Shown piece by piece: positions 56,987-64,000 of a stretch of 64,000 nucleotides of DNA; the stretch's first letter is position 1, and each line of letters starts with the position of its first letter. Source of the DNA: Eledone cirrhosa (lineage: Eukaryota); assembly GCA_964016885.1 (NCBI GenBank), contig OZ024740.1:245458001-245522000 (forward strand), written 5' to 3'. The position numbers and the translations under genes are program-made. The notes under the pieces were generated by a model, which saw only the letters and a list, made by a program, of their open reading frames with translations, had not been told where the DNA came from and did not search any database.

Positions 56987-59796
56987 CGTTGATGTTTTTT
57001 TTCTCCCTGAAATCTGTATTCTAAAGGGTTGTGAGTGTCCAGTTTGCTCCATAGTGGCTGGTCCACCATTGAGATGAACTAACAGTAAAGAAAGAAATAA
57101 AAAGGATTTAATTTTGTAAAAAAAACCACACCACTATTTTTATTTAATATTTTGTATTATAAATATAAATGACCATTTTCAACCACCAGTGTAAAGATTT
57201 CTTCCTAAACTCTTCCATTGTTTTATATGTTCACCATACACTGCTGTGGTGGCATACTCACATGTATATGGACATTGTTTGTCAGTTGGAACATCTTATT
57301 CTCTCTCTCTCTCACTATGTATCTAACTATCTTACACACACAACCATCATACACCTCCTCCCTATATCCTTATTCCACTGTCAGTTGAAAGTCATAGTTA
57401 TATAGATATGCAGCAGTTATAAATATGCACATTATATGTGTGTATAATGTATATATATGTATATATATATACACACACAAATGCACACCAGTGATTATCT
57501 GTTTTTAATATGCATACCAGTAATTCTCTGGTTTTCGTAATTGGCTTCTTTCTCTTTTGTTTTTTATTTTTTGTGAAAAGGTTGCTCAGAGGATACAGGT
57601 TTTGTCCAAATGATAGTCAGTCTATATTGTTGCCCCTTATTTTACAGTCATATTATCCTACATGTAAGCTAAACTCTACATATCTAACAAGGTTTGGGGA
57701 AATATATTTAGTCAAACAATAAAAAATGTATATCTGTATATGATTGGTACTATATATTTCAAGTATTAAAAATTTTAATATAATGCTTTATATGTGTAGT
57801 ATGCAAGCTTACAAGAAACCTTTTTTTTTTTTTTAATGCTAAATTTCTTTGCTATTACAATATTTTTTAGAAATCATTTCTTCTATACTTTCACTGACAG
57901 ACAAATAAACATATTTACAAAAACCTACCATTTTTTACAAATAACCTTAAAATATTATTAAAAAGTTGTGACTATTTCAATAAACACCTTGGAGTAAACA
58001 TTTCTGATCCTATGTACACAGCTATACACAGCTGTACAAAATCATATATACACAGGTATGTTAGTATTTGAGTAATTGTATGCCTGTGTGTATGTGTATG
58101 CATGTATTTATTATATATGAAGCAAAAGAGACAGACATGCTTCCTCACATCCCTAAAAACCAATCCCCACCTCTTATGCTTTAAATAAGAACATACCTGA
58201 AACTGTCAGTTTGGGGATGTCTCAAACATTGTCCATCATCTGTGAGTGTATACCATGCACTTCTGTAGATTTTCCTTTCAAATTCATTTCACAGTTTGTA
58301 AATAGATTTGTCTTTATCCCACTTCAAAAATATTTATCATTTTGTACAAAATATATGTAAACATTTGAACAGAGGAAAAAAGAAATTGTATGAGATTCCA
58401 GGTTTCATTAATAATCTTTGTTATTAAATTAATCAGTAAATATTACAGTTTTGAATTGTAAACACCCTTTTTGTCCTCGATGAATGTCTTGCTTATTTAT
58501 TGCTGACTTGCAGGCAAGTGTCTTGTTTGACTTGTACCAAGTTTTACAAATGACTAATATTATTTTAGAGTAACTACTTTCCTAGATAGGTTGCTTTTGC
58601 TTCATTTTAAGGAGCTACTTAGAAATAAAGTAAGATAAAGATTTAAAGTATCATATTCACTTTTCATTTATTTCATAGTCTTATAATTTTTATCACACTT
58701 CCTGGCTTATAAAAACTGGTCAGTATCTAAGTTTCAAATCCACTGCAATGAAATTACAACAGTGACCATGTTGCAGAGGATAAGATAGAGATGAAAATTT
58801 TGACACAATGTCAAAAGTAAATTTTACAGTTTTTTTTAGTTTTCTTTTTTTTTTGATTAAAATGGCTCTTTCATGATGTAATTTATGAATAAATTAAATT
58901 TAAAAGTGATAAAATAGTTTGTCAATTTACCCTAAATATAAATTACCATTTCAAAATATTAATATTTTTTAATATTACTTTTTCTTTGACTTGACTTTAA
59001 AAGAGAGAACATTGCACAATGAAAATATAATGAAAGAAAGCAGGTTACTTTGTTTCATATTGGGGCTGTACCCTAAAAACTGTACCCAAAATTGTTGTAT
59101 TTTGCTGTCAATAAAATGAAGGCATGCTGCCTAGTGGTTTGAATTTGGAACTCAAGACTGTGATTTTAATTTCTTGATCAAGCAGCATGTTGTGTCCTTG
59201 AGCAAGACACTTTTTCATGTTGCTTCAATTCACTCGGCTGAAAATGAATACCAGCAGCCGGTAGTTAACCCTGAAATGGACTGATGTCTTGTCTTACTTA
59301 ATGCCAACCAGACCAGGATTAACTCCAGCCTGATGAACCTCTGAGGTTGAGGCAGATTTTAACTCTTTTTCACAGTCAATGAAATAGTAACCATTAGATA
59401 AATAGTTGAATTGCTACTGATAAACATTTTAATGGAACTTGATATCTATAATACATTTTATTTTCTATGTAATGTATGTATTATTCATAGAGTTGTTTTC
59501 TATGTACCAAATATATTTTCACTTGAAAATGTAACATGTGAGAATAAAATAATTTTTCATGAAATATCTTTGACCTGTTTGTCATTTTTATGGGGCTTTT
59601 CTTTTTTTAACCCTTTTTATATGAATCTGATCAATACTAACTTTGGTTCTATGAATTACCTATTTTAAAGTGTTCCTAAATTATAATTTTATGTAAAACT
59701 ATACAATCTTAGTAATCAAATAATAATTTTAGTAAATCCTTCCAAATTTATCTTTAATTAATTAAAATAGAAATATAACCATGAAAGATTACATAT

Positions 59797-61710
59797 CCCA
59801 AGACCCCAAAGAGGGTTCGGAAGGGAACAAACCTTAACAATTGGAGCCTAGAACATCCTTAGAGGTAAGGAGCAGGAACCAGTGGAGAAGGCTAGATATA
59901 GTTGAGGTTTCCTCAACATAGTTCCATGGTTCCAATACTGTAGATTTGGATGGAGGATGGAAACTCCACTATTCAGGTGTGGAGCCAAAAATGACTACTG
60001 TACACGCGGGAGTGGGGATACTCACAAGCCTCTGGTTGTCAGAATGTGTTATGGACTGGATCTCACTAGGAGGGAGGATTTGCCTCTTCAAGCTTAGGCT
60101 GAAAAATAGGTCTCTGTGGGTGGTGCAAGTTTATGCACCAAACAAGGGGTCCGAATACAGATCCTTGGTGAAGTCATTGCAGTGTTAGAAATAATTAAAA
60201 CTGAGTCACATATCCTGAAGGGAGACTTTAATGCACATGTTGGCACTGACCACTTTACATGGAAAGAAGAGATTGGAAGGAATGATGATCCTAATCTAAA
60301 TATGAATTGAGAGGCCTTATTAGACTTCTATTCTAGTAATGGGCTTTCTATTATGAATACCTTCCAGCACAGAGACATCCATGGTATAAGGGGAATCAGA
60401 GACAAAGATCAATAATTGATTTTATTATTGTCTCGGATTTCCTTGATTCTGTGCTGGATGTTCGTGTTAAGAGAGGGGCTGAGCTATCAACTGATCACCA
60501 TCTAGTGATCTGTAACTTGAAACTATCTAAAGCCAAAGAAGCCCACAAAATTAGCAAGTCCAGGTCAACCTACAAGATAAAGTGGGAAGGGTTGGTGGAT
60601 AAGGAAGTCAGGTATGCAAATACTATTGCATCCAAATTCAGAGAATTCCCTGAGCAAACAGGATGTTGAGATAGAGTGGAGAATATTCAGCTCAGCAGTT
60701 TCTGCTTCAGTTGTTAAATGCTGCAGGCGAAAGCAACTTGGTGTGGTGTTAGATCGCAGGGGACCACTTTGTTCAATCAAGGGGTCAAAGATGCTATCAC
60801 AGCAAAGAAGGAGGCTACAAAGCTTGGCTTGGAAATAAGTCCTCCGTTTTGCATTTGCAGTACAAGCAGGCATAAAATGTTGCAGTAGAGACAGAAAAGG
60901 CGTCCAAAGTTAAGACATGGGAGGACTTTGGGGTTAAGGTTTAAACTGACTTCAAATTAGCAAATAAAGTATTCTGGCAGACCAGAATAAGAAGTCCTCC
61001 ACACCTACTATCAAGAACGCGTCTGGGGGTTCTCTCTTCAGAGAGGTGCATCCTTGTGAGGTAGAGAGAATACTTTTCAGATCTCCTAAACCCGATCCCA
61101 ACAGCATCTGATGTGCACAAGGTGCATGTTGGAGCAATGACTAATCTCTCAGAGGCTGAGATCACAAGAGCTATTAAAGAACTCAAATGAGGTAAGACCA
61201 CTGGGGAGGATGAGATTCGGCCCAAGATGTAAAAAGCCTTAAATAAAGAAGATATTCTCTGGCTGACTCAGGTGGCCTGGATCTCTAGAAAGGCACCTAA
61301 GCAATGGCAATCAAAAGTGATAATCTAAATTTTCAAAAATGGAGACAAGAGAAATTGCTCTAATTACAGAGGGATCTCCTTGTTAAGCCTCCCTGGTAAC
61401 GTTTAAGCTAAGTGTCTGGCAAAGAGATGTAGGAAGATTGTTGAGTCTAACATAGCTGATTCACAGTGTGGTTTTCGCCCCGGACGCAGCTCAGCCGACT
61501 AAATATTCACATGGCAGCAGGTCTTTCAGAAATTGTGAGAGCATTGCCATGAGGTGTATTCTTGCTTCATCGACCTCGAAAAGGCATACAATCATGTTCA
61601 ACATGACCTGCTGTGGAAGGTTCAGCAGGAGTGTATGAGATCGATGGACAGCTTGTTGCCTCGATGTCTCTATATGAATTCCCGAGTATTTGTTTATATC
61701 ACTACTTTGG
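59797..61710 (+). mobile_element. Degenerate RTE-clade LINE (APE endonuclease plus N-terminal RT)
   Basis: AGVGILTS, VVQVYAPN, GDFNAHVG, DVRVKRGAELSTDHHLV, NYRGISLLSLPG, QCGFRPGRS, CFIDLEKAY; many stops and frameshifts. Confidence 0.88.
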
Positions 61711-62244
61711 CAAGTACAGTGGATTCAGTTTGGCCGAGGTCCAGTAAGAACAAACATGTCCAGTCTTTTCTTCCATACTTGCCAAAATAATTAAAGTACT
61801 TTTAAACATTGACTAATATTGCTTTTTTTATTTTTCACCGCATAATTATTTCTGATTATCACTTTTAATACTCGTCGTATTAAATGTTAGCATAAATTTA
61901 AATATTGATTTCTATGCAGAGGCGTCCATGAGTAACTTTAGTGACTTGTTCATTCTCTAATAACACAATCAGTTACTCGGTTTAACACCACTCCGTGGAA
62001 CTTAAGTACCTTTAGGACCAGGACTTTGGTTTAAGAATTATTTCCTTCTCCTATTTCATTAGTCTCTGGGGCATGAGCTCTGCCTTTCTATCAATAACTA
62101 AAGTGTAGAACACTTTAAAAAATCGTAATGTGCCGAAATTATTAGAGTTATCTTCCTTACAGAGCAAGTAAATATATATTTGTCTCCCTTAGACAGCAAG
62201 TGAAAATAGAATTGTCTCCCTTACACAAAAATCGTTGCAAAGCT

Positions 62245-64000
62245 CAGGTCCCAAATACGGTGGGAGGGGGGGGGGGCTAATTTTTCTAGGTCAGCGGCTG
62301 ACCGCAGAAAAATTTGGACATTTGCAATTTATACGTTTTATCAATAATAAAACAAAAATAATATTCGGTTAAAATATATTTTATACCCCCCCTCCCCCGC
62401 CATCCTAAAATGTTTTTCCTTAATAAAGAACTAACATCCATGAAAGAATTTTACAGATATGTATCATCTATCGACAATATGACACACTTACGCTTCAGTA
62501 TTGTTTCGACCATTACAAAAGTCACCCCGCTCTGCGAATACCGATTGTTTTATTCCATTTGGCTTTGATAGCTATCATTTCTTGTTTGTTCTTAGATTCA
62601 AATGAAATAAACCCATAATGATTGATAAAATGTGAGTGAATATATTGCATTTCTTTAGTAATACCAAAGTAACTAATGACAATAGTAATCCTTGACTTAA
62701 CAATGAATCAGAGCCTTAACAGTCCTCATCAGGCACCATTAGGAAGAACATTCGAACTGGAGGCAGAGAGAAGAAAAAACTCAAAGTATCAAGAAAATAT
62801 GATTCAAACTACTTGAAATTTGGATTTATTCAAGAACCTGGTAGTGAGCTGGATCCATGACCGCTTTGTGTTGTGTGTTCTGAGAATTTATACAATGATA
62901 CCATGAAACCTTTGAAACTCGGAAGACGCTTGTAACCAAAATACCCAGATTTAGCTAAAAATCACTTGGATATTTTCAAAGAATGCGTGAAAATATGCAA
63001 AAGCAAGTAAGTGCTGTAACAAAAATGACTGTTGAAGACAAATCTTTATTAAAGGCTTCTCATCTGATAGCACTTCAGGTTGTGAAAAATAAAAAGCTGT
63101 ATACGATTGGAGAAGAATTAATTAAGCCTTGCATGTTACAAGCATGTGAAGAGGTTGTGGGAAAGCAGGCTGTCCAAGATCTGAAAGTAACTCCTATGTC
63201 TGCTAACACTGCCAAGCACAGAATTGAAGACATGGCTGAAGATATTGAAAATCAAGTTATAAGAATGGTGAAAAATTCACCATATTGTTAAATTCAACTC
63301 AACGAATCAACGGACGTAAGTAACAAGGCACTTCTTTGTTTTGTGAGGGTTGAGTGTGAAGGAGTGACAGAAAGAACTACTTTGTTTGCTCAACATGCTG
63401 GGTAGAACAACTAGCTCTGAGATTTTTGAAGTTCTTAATAGTTATTTCTTGGAACACAGAATTGAATAGAAATAATTGTTTCTACTTTTGGCACAAGGCC
63501 AGCAATTAACCAGTGTATTACTGGTACTTTATTTTATTGACCCCGTACGGATGAAAGGCAAAGTTAACCTCGGCAGGATTTGAACTCAGACCGTAACTCT
63601 ATGCTACAAAGCATGGTGTCCGACTCTCTACCGATACTGCCAATCCACGAAATAATGTATTGGGATATGTACAGACAATGCTGCAAACATAACTGGACAT
63701 CTTTCAGGAATTGTTGCAAAGGTGAAAAATGTTGGTCAACCAGACTTTTTGTCTACACACTGCATAATACATTGTGAGCAGCTTACAGTGAAAAAAAGTC
63801 CCCAGAACTACACAAAGTATTATCAAATATTATTAAAATCATAAATGAAATTTGACACAAAGCACTCAATTCTTGAATACTTGAGGCACTTAGTGAAGAA
63901 ATGGGTTCCCAGTATACTCACCATCTTCTTCATGCTGAAGAGGCAAAATACTAACCAGACTTCGCTCTGTATGAAGAAGTCAAATTATTATTCCAGCAGC
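62245..64000 (+). mobile_element. hAT (Buster/Charlie-like) transposase pseudogene, runs off the window
   Basis: RKYDSNYLKFGF..PLCVVCSE..MKP.KL (BED finger), LKASHLIALQV..KK.YTIGEELIKPC..MSANT..RIEDMAEDIE.., CIGICTD, H..H; stops and frameshifts. Confidence 0.88.
63477..63648 (-). mobile_element. SINE inserted in the hAT transposase with an 8-bp target-site duplication
   Basis: GAAATAAT at 63469-63476 and 63649-63656 flanks a copy of the 22922-type SINE. Confidence 0.85.

Noticed and set aside
62983-63291. Domesticated ZBED/SCAND-like host gene
   Set aside because: Surrounding frames contain stops and frameshifts and a SINE insertion; it is a decayed transposon.

Overview
AT-rich, repeat-dense animal (eukaryotic) DNA. 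The SINE, Penelope and (TA)n content suggests a cephalopod such as octopus, which is an inference. Most ORFs in the supplied track (Y/I-rich) are translations of (TA)n microsatellites. One host gene can be assembled by hand: a 14-exon angiomotin-family gene on + (ATG 39767 to TGA 53011, about 725 aa, all introns GT-AG and phase-consistent). The rest is mobile DNA: three Naiad-like and one other Penelope-like element (PLE) with GIY-YIG domains, CR1-, RTE- and CRE-type LINE relics, two Helitrons, a hAT transposase relic, MITEs, SINEs and a 5S rRNA pseudogene. The main finding is a dense set of minimal type I hammerhead ribozymes (HHR). A 310-bp, highly structured, non-coding monomer carrying one HHR is amplified into a near-identical array of about 15 copies that inverts in the middle (2493-7176). 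A second HHR-bearing family of about 430-470 bp shows the same multimer-plus-inversion architecture (31247-32327, with a relative at 27967-28505). About ten further HHR motifs sit in short modules inserted in (TA)n or at PLE ends. Together these look like a retrozyme (circular-RNA-forming non-autonomous retroelement) system mobilised by PLEs. All structures were read by eye; no folding or database search was run.
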